A program made the translations under genes and the position numbers. The notes under the pieces were generated by a model. It was not told the DNA's origin. It ran no database searches and worked only from the letters and a program-made list of their open reading frames with translations. A stretch of DNA of 40,948 bases from a virus (lineage: Duplodnaviria; Caudoviricetes), in the IMG/VR virus record IMGVR_UViG_3300025608_000040, positions 1 through 40,948 of that record; one strand, given 5' to 3'. Below, piece after piece: positions 1 through 10,600 of this stretch. Within the stretch, counting starts at the first letter, position 1, and the number at the start of each line of letters is the position of its first letter.

Positions 1-317
1 TTGTCTTCTTCAAGTCCCGTTTTTAGTAGGCTATCTCTAACATCGTTAAGTGGTGATGCTTCACCTACTTGTGATGGGTCATAGATTTTTAACCATTTAT
101 CGTTTACTTGAATTTCGTGAAATTTTACTTCCACGAATGGTGACCCCCCGTCAGTTGCTGGTAGAATACGAATTCGTTTTTCTCCGTTTCTTGTTCCCTT
201 AGGAAGGATAGTGGTAAAATACCTTTTAAGTCTTTCTTCACTTGAAATTCTGTTTCCGCCTGCGGATGGATTGTTGTTCTTTTGGTACTGATTAAGTACC
301 GCGTCAATTGTGCTCAT
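1..317 (-). CDS. single-stranded DNA-binding protein, T4 gp32-like (5' part; runs off window start)
   Basis: Not in the ORF track. Manual translation from ATG at 317 gives MSTIDAVLNQYQKNN...RYFTTILPKG...EKRIRILPATDGGSPFVEVKFHEIQVNDKW..., open to base 1. The 'RIRILP...PF...H' segment resembles the gp32 IRFLP motif. Confidence 0.75.
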   Translation of the reverse strand, partial: MSTIDAVLNQYQKNNNPSAGGNRISSEERLKRYFTTILPKGTRNGEKRIRILPATDGGSPFVEVKFHEIQVNDKWLKIYDPSQVGEASPLNDVRDSLLKTGLEED

Positions 318-345
318 AATTAAAATATTAAATTGTTTATGATAA

Positions 346-374
346 AATATACACAAAAAAAATCCAAAGGTCAA
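346..374 (-). promoter_or_regulatory. host-RNAP-type promoter for SSB (TTGACC-N17-TATATT)
   Basis: Minus strand: TTGACC (374-369), 17-nt spacer, TATATT (351-346), about 30 nt upstream of the SSB ATG. Confidence 0.6.
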
Positions 375-386
375 CCCCCTGGACTT
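353..386 (-). terminator. intrinsic terminator ending the tail/late operon, overlapping the SSB promoter
   Basis: Minus strand AAGTCCAGGGG-GTTGA-CCTTTGGATT followed by a T-run; the stem uses G-U pairs that work on the minus strand. Confidence 0.55.
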
Positions 387-420
387 TATTAATCAAATAA
401 TATTTTAATTTACTCAGTAA

Positions 421-786
421 CTATCTAAGAGTTAGTAAGTATGATAGTTTATTTATTGAGGTTAACATCTCATCTCGTAAATTAAGTAAATCGGTATCCA
501 TAGGGTTTATGTCCATTTCACGAACACTCACTCTAATTGTTTTAATCATACCTAAGACATCAACATCCGAAAGATTTTGAATCGTGATGTTTCTCTCACC
601 CTCATCTAATGTGAACCTTCCATAGATACCCATAGACGTTTCAACATATAAATCTATTAAGTCACCTAATGTGTCGTATGTTTCACCAAATGCAAGATGT
701 TTTGCATGACTTTTAGTTTGCCAATGCAATATTCGTAGTTGAGATTGTAACTCCAACAAAAACCTTACGTCTGAACTTAAACTCAT
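421..786 (-). CDS. ferritin/Dps-like four-helix protein (DUF5856-like)
   Basis: 'LRILHWQTKSHAKHLAFGETYDTLGDLIDLYVE' matches the H-W...H...D..D..E pattern of Dps/ferritin-like phage proteins. Confidence 0.65.
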   Translation of the reverse strand: MSLSSDVRFLLELQSQLRILHWQTKSHAKHLAFGETYDTLGDLIDLYVETSMGIYGRFTLDEGERNITIQNLSDVDVLGMIKTIRVSVREMDINPMDTDLLNLRDEMLTSINKLSYLLTLR

Positions 787-788
787 TT

Positions 789-1436
789 TTAATAATTTTC
801 CTCTTCAGGTTCACCAAATGAAGATCTCATCTCCCCTTGGTTTATATCTTCTAAATCCGACTTAGTTATTACGTATTCATTTTTACCACTTTTCTGCATC
901 TCACTTTGTTTTTGTGAGAAAAAGTCAGTTGGGTTTTGATTGAAGGGATACGAATCTAAGGACCTCATTTCAAGTTTCTCTTGTGGTGTAGGTTCTTTCA
1001 TTTGTGAAACCTTACTTTCGAGACCATCAATTTTTGTTATTACAGTGTCCATTTGTGAAAGTTTAGATTCTAAATCATCTAATTTACTAAAAAGATCACC
1101 CATCTTACCAATAACCGCATCATTATCACTTTTACTTGACTCCAAATCGTTCTTAATGTTTTGTGTCATATTAACCAAATCAGTAATGTCAATTTCTTCA
1201 GTATCAAAATCTTCAGCTGGTTCTTCAACAGGTGCGTCACCAACAGGTTCTTCAGTAGGTATATCACCAACAGGTTCTTCAGCAGGTATATCACCAACAG
1301 GTTCTTCATCAGGTATATCACCTGTTGGTAAATCAGTAGGGTCTATTTCTTCTTGTTCGTTAATCACTGTTTTACCATAGTTGTTAATACTACGATATCT
1401 TAATAACTCTTCGTGTAATTTTTTTTCTAACTTCAT
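789..1436 (-). CDS. acidic coiled-coil hypothetical protein (probable virion/head-associated)
   Basis: 215-aa ORF with ATG start, tightly coupled to neighbours; EEPVGDIP repeats followed by a heptad-rich segment. Confidence 0.7.
   Translation of the reverse strand: MKLEKKLHEELLRYRSINNYGKTVINEQEEIDPTDLPTGDIPDEEPVGDIPAEEPVGDIPTEEPVGDAPVEEPAEDFDTEEIDITDLVNMTQNIKNDLESSKSDNDAVIGKMGDLFSKLDDLESKLSQMDTVITKIDGLESKVSQMKEPTPQEKLEMRSLDSYPFNQNPTDFFSQKQSEMQKSGKNEYVITKSDLEDINQGEMRSSFGEPEEENY
1237..1322. repeat. 27-bp tandem repeat (~3 copies) encoding (D/A/T)EEPVGDIP
   Basis: tcaccaacaggttcttcaNNaggtata units at 1237, 1264 and 1291. Confidence 0.9.
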
Positions 1437-1438
1437 GA

Positions 1439-1642
1439 TTAATCACTTAATAGTTGTCTACCATCTTCGGTAAGATATTTTTTATTAATTCTTTCTACTA
1501 AACCATCTTTAGAACGTATAGTATGACACACTCCAGTGTTCATATCACAAACTTCCTGTTCGGTACCGTCCTCATTAAGGTTTTTTACTTTCTTATTTGA
1601 TAAGAAATTTTCAATTGCTGACCCTACTTTTATATTGTCCAT
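1439..1642 (-). CDS. small hypothetical protein (CxxxxxxC, C-terminal LTEDG motif)
   Basis: 67-aa ORF preceded by a TATTTATA motif (1666-1659), in operon with downstream genes. Confidence 0.7.
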   Translation of the reverse strand: MDNIKVGSAIENFLSNKKVKNLNEDGTEQEVCDMNTGVCHTIRSKDGLVERINKKYLTEDGRQLLSD

Positions 1643-1687
1643 AATAATGTTCTTTAACTATAAATATAATGTTATTGGTAATTCTTC

Positions 1688-4600
1688 TTATTTATCCATT
1701 AAAAAGTAAATCACGTCACCATTACTTAATTTTAGATCTTTCATTAATGCCTTTGACATAGTCATTCCATAATCACCTCTACTACCGAAATCACAAGGTC
1801 CTTGGATAAATCTATCACCCCCACTTAACTTAGACGTGCTCGGTACTGATTTGGTTAAGTTATTCTTTGGATTAAAGAACAGGGTACCATTTGAGATTGT
1901 TGGATCTAATATTTCACTACTATCTTTTAAAACATCCATATTAAACGGTAACGTATAGAAGTACTTTGTACTTGATTTATCTTTTATTTCTGACCATTTA
2001 AATTTAGTTGGGTTTACCGATAATTTTTTCGCGAAATTAGGTAGACCTAAATCTGTATTATCAGTCATATACGGTTCAATGTGACTAACAATTGCCCTAT
2101 ACCACACACCATGTGATGCCGTGTAATTACCTCGGTAATCAATTTTTTGAATTGTTTGATCACCGTCCTTACCGTTATAAGGAACACCATACTCATTATA
2201 TCCCACTTCATTTATTAAGGTTTCACCTTTAATTCTTTCGTTAGGTCCTCTATTTGTTGAGAATGCACCCTCTTTAGTTGTGATTGTCTCAACCGTACCA
2301 CTAATTGTAGAATTTTGAGTGTCTTTTTGTTTCGCGATTGCGGACTTAAGTATCTTATCAAATAAAACTCGATAAGTGGCAATAAATGAATCTTTAGGGT
2401 TTGGTAAAGAATCCTTCGGCATCCTAACACCTTTAAATGTTGTGGTCATTGTGTTATTCGCAATTGCATGAGTCACTTCAACAATCCAATATGCACCTTC
2501 AAATAATGGGACGTTTTTAAGTTGGAAGTACATTGTTGGTTGTATCATCGAATTACCCATTGCCGTTACGGTACATGAATACGACCTTGTTCTATATATG
2601 TCCCATAAACTTGTATCTACCTGTAACACTCCCGATCCCGACTCAGATTTGGACAATCTTTCCATTGCCAAATTAGATTCATATGTATTTTTAAATTGTT
2701 TTTGATCTAATGATATACCCTTAAACATTTGTTGGTTTTGATCACCAAAACTAACTTCAAAGGCAACCACTTTATTAGACTTCGCCAAATTGGTTTCAAG
2801 GAAATAGTTTGGTGTTGTTATAAGAATCGGATTTTCATTTGTATCTTCCAAATCAACCCCATCGTTCTTATACATATACTTATCGTTAATGTCAGATAAA
2901 TTTAAGTGTTTTGAACCACCTGAAACGTATTGTAAAATTGCCATGGGTGTTGAATACTCAGTATCCACCTCTAAAAATTTACCGAACATTACAGATGCTA
3001 TTGTATCAGAAGGTTTTACTCTTGTTCTTCTATTTTCATTTGCGTAAAAATTAACATACGCAGGTAAAACCCTCATATCAATACCTGTACGATCAATTAA
3101 CATACTGATTGTACCGTATAAATCTAAATTAGCGTTTTGTGATTCCCCAAACCGTATTAATTTTTTTAAATCAATATATAATTCGTCACCAATATCTTTA
3201 TTAGCCTTATCTAAAAATAAGAACTCTTCCATTAATAACCTTTGACCTATGGAGTTACCTGCAATCCACTTATCATTTAGACTTTTTATGTCGTTGTACA
3301 ATTCTAATTTAATTGTAACATCTTCATTATATCCTTTAACAATACCTAAATTGTTATTTTTATCTTTTGACCTTTCTAATGTTTGTAATTTTCGATATAT
3401 CTGACTCAAAAATAAACTTTGTCTACTAACTTGTGGTCCGATTATGGAAGTTGTTATGTATTCTATAAAATTAGTTTTGTCTGTAACACCACCCGATTTT
3501 TTATACCCACCATATATTTGAGCTAAGGGTCTAAATGCGAATATATTTTCTTCGTTTAATTCAATATTACTAATATTAAAAAACTCTAAATAAGCACCGT
3601 CAATATCTTCACCAATGTATAATTCAATATACTTTTGATTCAACGCAAATTGACTGGGAGAAAAATTACCAGTACTTAATTCCCTTCCATTTGAATTAGT
3701 GTAACCATTCAAAATGTGTGAATTTAATTCTTTAGGATTTGAGATTGTTAATTCTAATAAGTTCTTACTTGTCAAGATATTTTCCGTTATATCTTTTTGG
3801 TTTTTTTCTTGTCTTAACTTAATTGTGTTAATGATTGAATCGGAATCAAGATCATCACTATCCAATTTTTCTACACTTACAAGTTCTTTTAGTAAGTTTT
3901 GAAACTTAGAATAATAAACTGTGTCGTATTTTTTGTATTCGGAGTAACTTTCAATAACCTCACTTGAAAAATCTAAAAACGCTTCTTCAAACTCATTTAA
4001 TATATCAGGACTAAATGTTCCGAGTAAATCAATAACTTTTTCATTATTGGTGGATATCCCATCAAAATAGTGTTTAGGTGTTGGTAATGTCTTTCCTGTT
4101 AGTGAAAATTCATCATTCTGATTATTAACAAAATTAACTCTAAAATTAAATTGTTCTGAATCATCAAAATCCAAATAGGTCGTTCTCTTTTGATTAGTTC
4201 CTGTTGACGGGAGAATAGTTAACCTTTTGTCTGTTGAGGTAAATCGACTATTATCAATAAACGAATTATAGTACTTACCTTTTACGGTATCAAATCGATT
4301 TATAAATAAAACATCATTATTAACTACGTTATCAAAAGATGTAGGGGTTGTATCATTTAAATTATAGTATAAGTAACCATTTACTACTTGGTGATAAACC
4401 GCGGAATAGTATGGGTGTATACCTATGTCACTTTGTGATGTCCTATTGATGTCACCATTAAACGTTAGATTTAAACTACTATCAAAGAATAGACTCCCAT
4501 CTATTGGAGTGTCTAAACCCGTTAATATGTCAACACCATTTAAAACAAATTCTTTGTACCTGTGGTAAATTGACCCCCATTTCAATATTAAATGATATGG

Positions 4601-7297
4601 TACATAATTCCTTGACCCGATTTCTCGGAATAATGAGGACATTAATATCTTTTTAGAATTTACAGTTGTTACCGTATCTTTTAAATCCTTAAATGGTAAT
4701 GAATTGAGCAGTAGGTATGCTGATGATTTATATTTTCCAACTGACGTTGTATTAAAAAACCCATCGTAAATTGATTTATGGAAATATGGTGTGTTTAGGA
4801 TATTGATCTTATTAACAGATCCGTCAACCGAAATCACCTCATTGAACATGTTCTCACTACTGTTCTCTTTTATCCAAATTGTAGGGTCGATAGGTCCGTT
4901 TATAAAACCTGAACCAGTATCCACATTAAAAACTTCACCAACATTTAATTCGTTTTTCGTAAACTCACTTTTACCTAAATAACCTAAGTAAACATCTGAG
5001 TTAAATGGGTAAATTTTTGACCTATAATCTTCAGAAACATATCCACGTAAATTAGATTGTAGTTTTTCATACTCACCATTTTTAGAAATAACCGTTTCAT
5101 CCCCCGTATAATCTTTCAACAAAAACGAGGAAGTGTTATTGTCTATCAAATATGGTATAGTCATCAAATGATCTTCGTGGTAAGGATATCTTTCAAATGG
5201 GGAAAAGGACTGCATCAGTTCCACATGTCTCTCCCTACTTAAAATTTTACTATCCTTTAAAATATCAACAAGAAAATAATCTTCTTCAATTAAGTTCTGT
5301 ATTGTTTCAAACTCTCTTTTTGCAAGTTCATTTAATGTCGGACCATTAAACGTATCGTATAATGTTATTAATTCCGACCTTTCATAAATTTCATATAAGA
5401 AAGAATCTAAGTTTTTATCTGAATAAACATTTCCCGGTAGAAGATCAAACGTTGAAATTCGATTTGTTTTTTTCTCTTCGGAATTACTATCACCGAACTC
5501 AAACCTTACCGAACTTGTATTTGATTCATTTCCACCTTGATTATCTATCCTCCGAGTTGAAACCGCAGAATATTCCTCAACAAATTGAACCTCAGGCCAC
5601 AATGTAAAATCATTTGATCTTAGTTTATTTACTAAGTCTGCATCCGCGGGATAAGCAAGGACTTTCGTAGTGCCCGTACTTCTCTTTTTTATCTCTGGCC
5701 ATGGATATATCGCATCACCAACAGTTTCATTTGTAAGACCTTTGATTATTTGTTTCCGTTCTTCTGCAACATTGAAAGCTTGTATGTGAACACCCTTCAA
5801 TAACCTAATGTAGGTATCTGCGGATGCCAATATTATTGCCATAATATTACGAATGGTTGGTTCAAAACCAATACCATCTTCACCCCTTATGATTTCATTC
5901 ATTTTTAACTCCACCCCATCTTGAAGTTTAGTTAATTGTTCTTCGAACGAATTAGAAATCTTATACATGTCGTCAAACAACTTATCAATAGCAACTGTAA
6001 TTTTACCACCACCATTGGTTGTTGAATAGTATGACCCAATGTCTTTTATTGAATTATTAAGATTTATTGATAATTTTTTAAAGTCCGCAGTTGTTTTCTG
6101 TGTTCCATTACCGAATATCTCACTCTTACGTAAGTTCTTTAAGTTTTGTTCAATTATAGATTCTAAAGTCCCCGATTTACCAACACCAACAATCTTTTCT
6201 GTTGAGTTACCATCTTTCTGAGTTTTAACTAAAAAGAAATGTTTATCCGTTGGTAATTCACTACCTGATGGTATTACAACGAATTCAGGTGTGAGGTATT
6301 GAGTTCTCCAAGCCTCAATCTGTCCAAAGAACCTTCTTAATTGTTCACTCATTTCTTTTGCCGCCACAAATATTTTCATATCCACAACTTCCCCGAAAAT
6401 CTTCTTTTCTAATATAGGATCTAATCTCTTAGCTAAATCAATAACCTCTCTAAGAGTTTTGACCGGCATACTCTCGTCAATTAAACCTTTTCTTTTGTAT
6501 TCGTCGAAAATGGATTTCAACGTTAGGTATCCTTTTGATGTTTTAGATATTACTTTTGTGACTTCACCCGTAGCCCCATTTGTTTTTGCATCTTTAGTTT
6601 GTTCAATACCGTACATATAAGGTGCGTTTAAAATACCCTTTAAAGGTATTTCACTCAAGTGTGCGTATGTCGAACCTATAAAGGTACCAACACATTCAAA
6701 ATTACCATTACCTTCATTATACGAACTGTTAAAATCCGTTAAATGAATTCGATATCTGATTGCCTTACCATAAAACCCTTTAACAGTTAAATAAAATATC
6801 GGCCATGGTTGGTGAAAGAATGCCTTATAAGGTGAATTTTTGGGTGATTCGAAAAGAGTTTTACCTCTAACATCAATAAACTTTATTGTTACCTTAGGGA
6901 CAAAGTTTGTACCTCTAACTTGTATGTCAATACTTTCAATACCAAACGACTGTCCTGAGTCATCAACAAGGTCCGACCTTTCGAATTTTCCGTCGGTTCT
7001 TGGATTATAAGTGTCAGTCCATTTTGTGTCTAAATACTCACTGTTTTTGTTCTGTAGAAAATTTAAAGTTCCTTCAGCAACCGACGTTAAGGTATTTGTA
7101 TCGTTACCACTAACCAAAATTGACCTTGGTATTAAATCCGCTTCAAGATTTACATAATAAACATAGTTTTCCGCATTAGTACCTCTTGGTTCTACAACAC
7201 CATCAGACACAACACTATTCGGGTCAATTAGAATAAGATTATTCTGATCAACTTTAACTAATATGTTTTCATTATTTGTTAAATCCTTATTCGCCAT
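1688..7297 (-). CDS. giant baseplate hub-like virion protein (gp27/VgrG-like segments)
   Basis: Located after the LysM wedge gene. 'SCTVTAMGNSMIQPTMYFQLKNVPLFEGAYWIVEVTHAI...TTTFKGVR' resembles the C-terminal barrel of phage late-control D/hub proteins; N-terminal 'GIESIDIQ...PKVTIKFIDVRG' is hub-like. Confidence 0.6.
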   Translation of the reverse strand: MANKDLTNNENILVKVDQNNLILIDPNSVVSDGVVEPRGTNAENYVYYVNLEADLIPRSILVSGNDTNTLTSVAEGTLNFLQNKNSEYLDTKWTDTYNPRTDGKFERSDLVDDSGQSFGIESIDIQVRGTNFVPKVTIKFIDVRGKTLFESPKNSPYKAFFHQPWPIFYLTVKGFYGKAIRYRIHLTDFNSSYNEGNGNFECVGTFIGSTYAHLSEIPLKGILNAPYMYGIEQTKDAKTNGATGEVTKVISKTSKGYLTLKSIFDEYKRKGLIDESMPVKTLREVIDLAKRLDPILEKKIFGEVVDMKIFVAAKEMSEQLRRFFGQIEAWRTQYLTPEFVVIPSGSELPTDKHFFLVKTQKDGNSTEKIVGVGKSGTLESIIEQNLKNLRKSEIFGNGTQKTTADFKKLSINLNNSIKDIGSYYSTTNGGGKITVAIDKLFDDMYKISNSFEEQLTKLQDGVELKMNEIIRGEDGIGFEPTIRNIMAIILASADTYIRLLKGVHIQAFNVAEERKQIIKGLTNETVGDAIYPWPEIKKRSTGTTKVLAYPADADLVNKLRSNDFTLWPEVQFVEEYSAVSTRRIDNQGGNESNTSSVRFEFGDSNSEEKKTNRISTFDLLPGNVYSDKNLDSFLYEIYERSELITLYDTFNGPTLNELAKREFETIQNLIEEDYFLVDILKDSKILSRERHVELMQSFSPFERYPYHEDHLMTIPYLIDNNTSSFLLKDYTGDETVISKNGEYEKLQSNLRGYVSEDYRSKIYPFNSDVYLGYLGKSEFTKNELNVGEVFNVDTGSGFINGPIDPTIWIKENSSENMFNEVISVDGSVNKINILNTPYFHKSIYDGFFNTTSVGKYKSSAYLLLNSLPFKDLKDTVTTVNSKKILMSSLFREIGSRNYVPYHLILKWGSIYHRYKEFVLNGVDILTGLDTPIDGSLFFDSSLNLTFNGDINRTSQSDIGIHPYYSAVYHQVVNGYLYYNLNDTTPTSFDNVVNNDVLFINRFDTVKGKYYNSFIDNSRFTSTDKRLTILPSTGTNQKRTTYLDFDDSEQFNFRVNFVNNQNDEFSLTGKTLPTPKHYFDGISTNNEKVIDLLGTFSPDILNEFEEAFLDFSSEVIESYSEYKKYDTVYYSKFQNLLKELVSVEKLDSDDLDSDSIINTIKLRQEKNQKDITENILTSKNLLELTISNPKELNSHILNGYTNSNGRELSTGNFSPSQFALNQKYIELYIGEDIDGAYLEFFNISNIELNEENIFAFRPLAQIYGGYKKSGGVTDKTNFIEYITTSIIGPQVSRQSLFLSQIYRKLQTLERSKDKNNNLGIVKGYNEDVTIKLELYNDIKSLNDKWIAGNSIGQRLLMEEFLFLDKANKDIGDELYIDLKKLIRFGESQNANLDLYGTISMLIDRTGIDMRVLPAYVNFYANENRRTRVKPSDTIASVMFGKFLEVDTEYSTPMAILQYVSGGSKHLNLSDINDKYMYKNDGVDLEDTNENPILITTPNYFLETNLAKSNKVVAFEVSFGDQNQQMFKGISLDQKQFKNTYESNLAMERLSKSESGSGVLQVDTSLWDIYRTRSYSCTVTAMGNSMIQPTMYFQLKNVPLFEGAYWIVEVTHAIANNTMTTTFKGVRMPKDSLPNPKDSFIATYRVLFDKILKSAIAKQKDTQNSTISGTVETITTKEGAFSTNRGPNERIKGETLINEVGYNEYGVPYNGKDGDQTIQKIDYRGNYTASHGVWYRAIVSHIEPYMTDNTDLGLPNFAKKLSVNPTKFKWSEIKDKSSTKYFYTLPFNMDVLKDSSEILDPTISNGTLFFNPKNNLTKSVPSTSKLSGGDRFIQGPCDFGSRGDYGMTMSKALMKDLKLSNGDVIYFLMDK

Positions 7298-7610
7298 AAT
7301 ATAAGTTATACAACTCTACATTTCTTTTATACTCTTGTAAAGTATTGGTAAGTGGAAATGGTATTCTTAGGAAAAAATTATTTGGTATCTCAAACTCAAT
7401 ACTTCCCGCAGTTGGGTTAGCTTGTAATATTAACCACCCAAAAACAGGTGTACCGTAATATTCCTGAGATATTTTATCTAATCTATCTTTCCCTCGTTTA
7501 AATTGTACGTACTTATCTGAAGAAGTAATCTTGATTTCAATACCGGGAACAATTTTAAAGTCACCGTCATTTTCAAAAAATTCGTATCTATTAAAATATT
7601 TTCTACTCAT
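7287..7610 (-). CDS. LysM-domain baseplate wedge protein (T4 gp53/P2 gpX-like)
   Basis: 'GKDRLDKISQEYYGTPVFGWLILQANP...LRIP' is a LysM-like signature in the expected gene position. Confidence 0.75.
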   Translation of the reverse strand: MSRKYFNRYEFFENDGDFKIVPGIEIKITSSDKYVQFKRGKDRLDKISQEYYGTPVFGWLILQANPTAGSIEFEIPNNFFLRIPFPLTNTLQEYKRNVELYNLYYGE

Positions 7611-10600
7611 TATTCTTTGACTTTTGTGGGTTTATAATTATTCAACGTTGGACCCAAGGTCGTGACTTGATCTAAGTGTACTTTTTCCAAACTCTCTTTC
7701 TGTTGTGAGTCGGTAATTTCATCAGTACTCGAAACCGTAAACTTGAGTTCTTGTTCACCTTTCATCTCCTTAAACCTACTCAGTCTTATTTTTTCTGGTT
7801 TGGTTTCATCCACAAACTTCTCAACTTTCTTTTCTATTCTTTTCATGATATTTTCAGTAAAAAGAATTTCATCTTTATAGATGTCAACAATGTCCGTTAC
7901 CTTACCGTATAATAATACAGATAATATTTCACTAAGTGTAGTTAGATTAAGGTTTAATGTGTCGAAATTGATTGAGGTATCTAAATCTCGTGTGAACTTT
8001 TTACTATTTTTATCAAAATAATCAATGAATATATCATATTCACTATATAGTGATGAGAAGGTAAAACCTGAAAGAGTTGCTTGTGTATATGTTTGTTCGT
8101 TAATCTGTCCGTCACCAACATATTTGGTTAGGTAGTTTAGTTTATCTAAAACTTCGATAACTTTATTTCTTTTAGTCACAATCCCTTTCAATGTATTAGA
8201 TGTAATAACATTGTCTAATTTTTCGACAACCAATTCCTCAAGTTTTGGTCTTAGTATTGTGTTAGACCTCTCTATTTTTTCTGGTGATAAGAAGTTGTCA
8301 AACTTAAACATCTCTGACATATCTTCACTCCTTATTAACCCAACCATAGTACTCTTAAGTTTATTAATCCTATTGTTTAATTCATTTGTGACTGAGTATT
8401 CTCCCAACATTTCTATCGTCCTTGTATTAACATCTGATGTGTTAACCTCGTAATCTTTTACAGTACGGTATGTTGGTGATAAAATCAAACTATGTACTTG
8501 AGGTCCAAACTCCACTAATAAGTCGTCATATGACGTTTTAAATGTTTCAAAATAAGACTTATACCCTGTTTCCAACTCAGTTATTAGTTTTTTGTAACTT
8601 ATTGTTTGTCCTGTTGGTAAAACAGTCAATACTGTTGGATCTCCTTCAGATTCTTGTCCCGTTGTTTTATCTTTATCTTCCTCTCCAATGTAAACACCTT
8701 CCTTTATTTCAGGTACCGAATCACTATTATCACCTATAGGTGTATCATTGATTTGATTTGCTCTCTGTAAATCATTTAAAAATTCTTTTGTGAACTCTTT
8801 GGCGTCTTGACCATCTATTGTAGAATTCGTTGAGACAGATCTTGGATCATACATCTCAGTATTTGCAAAGAAATTGGATGATAATGCGTTTTGTAACCTT
8901 TCAACCGGTTTTTCCAATCCTTGACCACCGATAAAATTAACTTGTAGTGTAACACTTGCAATCATTGGTTGTACACCAATTCCTTCGGGGTTTAAATCCC
9001 ACGGAGAATCATCATATGATATGTTTATATCTCTAATTGCAATTTTCGAATGATAAAAGTCCCCAATTCTTACAACACATATTGGTGGTGGACCAAAACT
9101 TGTATTCCTCGCCCTTACGTCAAGGTCACTTGCCAATCCTTTTACAGGAATAGTGTCACCAGGTCTTACACATTGTAATAAGAAATTCAACCTACTGTTT
9201 AACCCTTCGGGTGTTGTCGAATGGAATGCGGGGTGAAAGTATTTTAACTTTTCTGTTAGACTTTTGAATGTATTTGGTGAATCTTCCTCTAAAACTTTAA
9301 AATAATAACATTCCGAAAGTGTTTTCATGATGATTTTTTTCATCATATCAATCGGAGGTTTTTTAACTGCCGGTTGTTTTACAGTCCCGTCAGGTTCTAA
9401 TTTAAACTTTGGTACCTGATCAGGATCGTTAGGTGGTTCTGTTAATGTGTTTTTCTCTTTAGTTTCTATAACAACACCAGTATATCTACAGTAAAATGTT
9501 ATTGGTGCCGACTTTTTCAATGCAGAAGAACTCATTATATTTTTATTGTGACAATCTATATTTTGAGACCCACCCGAGTTCATTATTGATTGATTTAGAC
9601 CACCTAATGTAGCATCATCAACATTCTCCCCAAAACTTTCACCATTTATAACAAATTCACCCTCAAGACCCTCATAACCTAACTCAGAAAATTTATATAA
9701 GATAGGGCCAAAAGGTTTAGACCCATTACCCGAACTAACAGACGTTGGCCATTTAACCGTAGTATTATTTCCAGGTTTTTCAATTTGTTTTATAATATCT
9801 TGTACAACTGAGTGTGCACGTCTCATAGAAAGATAAACGTTATATTGATCGTCAGCTACTGATGAGGTACTTGATTGTAACCCAACAGCGACGTACTCAA
9901 GTTCTTTATTTTCTATCTTCTTCTGAATTTCAGTTAATTTACTTGTGTAATTACCAAAATTTGTATCTAATTTTACAAAGGCGTCTGTTAATTTACTTTT
10001 TACATGGTTAATTTCGTCAGGTGTCCCTGTAACGGTTTCACTACCAAAAACAACATTTTTATCATTTTTCTTAGCCGCAGTATTAGATCCGCTGAATAAT
10101 GTTGTTAATCCACTATCTAAATAACCCTCATACTCACTCTGTGAATATGATGTTTTAATATCACTATATGGGACTTGTGTGTTAACATCCTTCGAACCTG
10201 ATTTTTGAGGATAATCGTTTGGGAAATATAGGTTGACTTCAAATTTTTCTTTCTTTCCTTCCACCTCTTGTGGGTCAAACTCTACAATCTCAGCATCTTC
10301 ACTTATAACTTTATATTTCAGAATTTCTTCAGGTGTACCCCCATCTTCTAAATATTTTTTAATATTATCAGCATCGTCTTTCGTTAATGTCGTATAAGTT
10401 CTTATTAATTCATAAAAATCCAATTCCTCACATCCCGCAAAAAACGCGTTAATGTAGTTATCAGATTCTTCGTTTGACATTCCTTTAAAGTGTTTCTGTA
10501 CTAATAAATTAAGTATACTTGGGTGATCGACAACAATTTTAAACTGTATCTGACCTGACCTTGAAGTGTTTTGATATGTGTATATCGGTTCGGGTCTACC

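Noticed and set aside
125-307. 60-aa ORF from the track
   Set aside because: It overlaps, in another frame, the gp32-like SSB reading frame that starts at 317 and has recognisable motifs.
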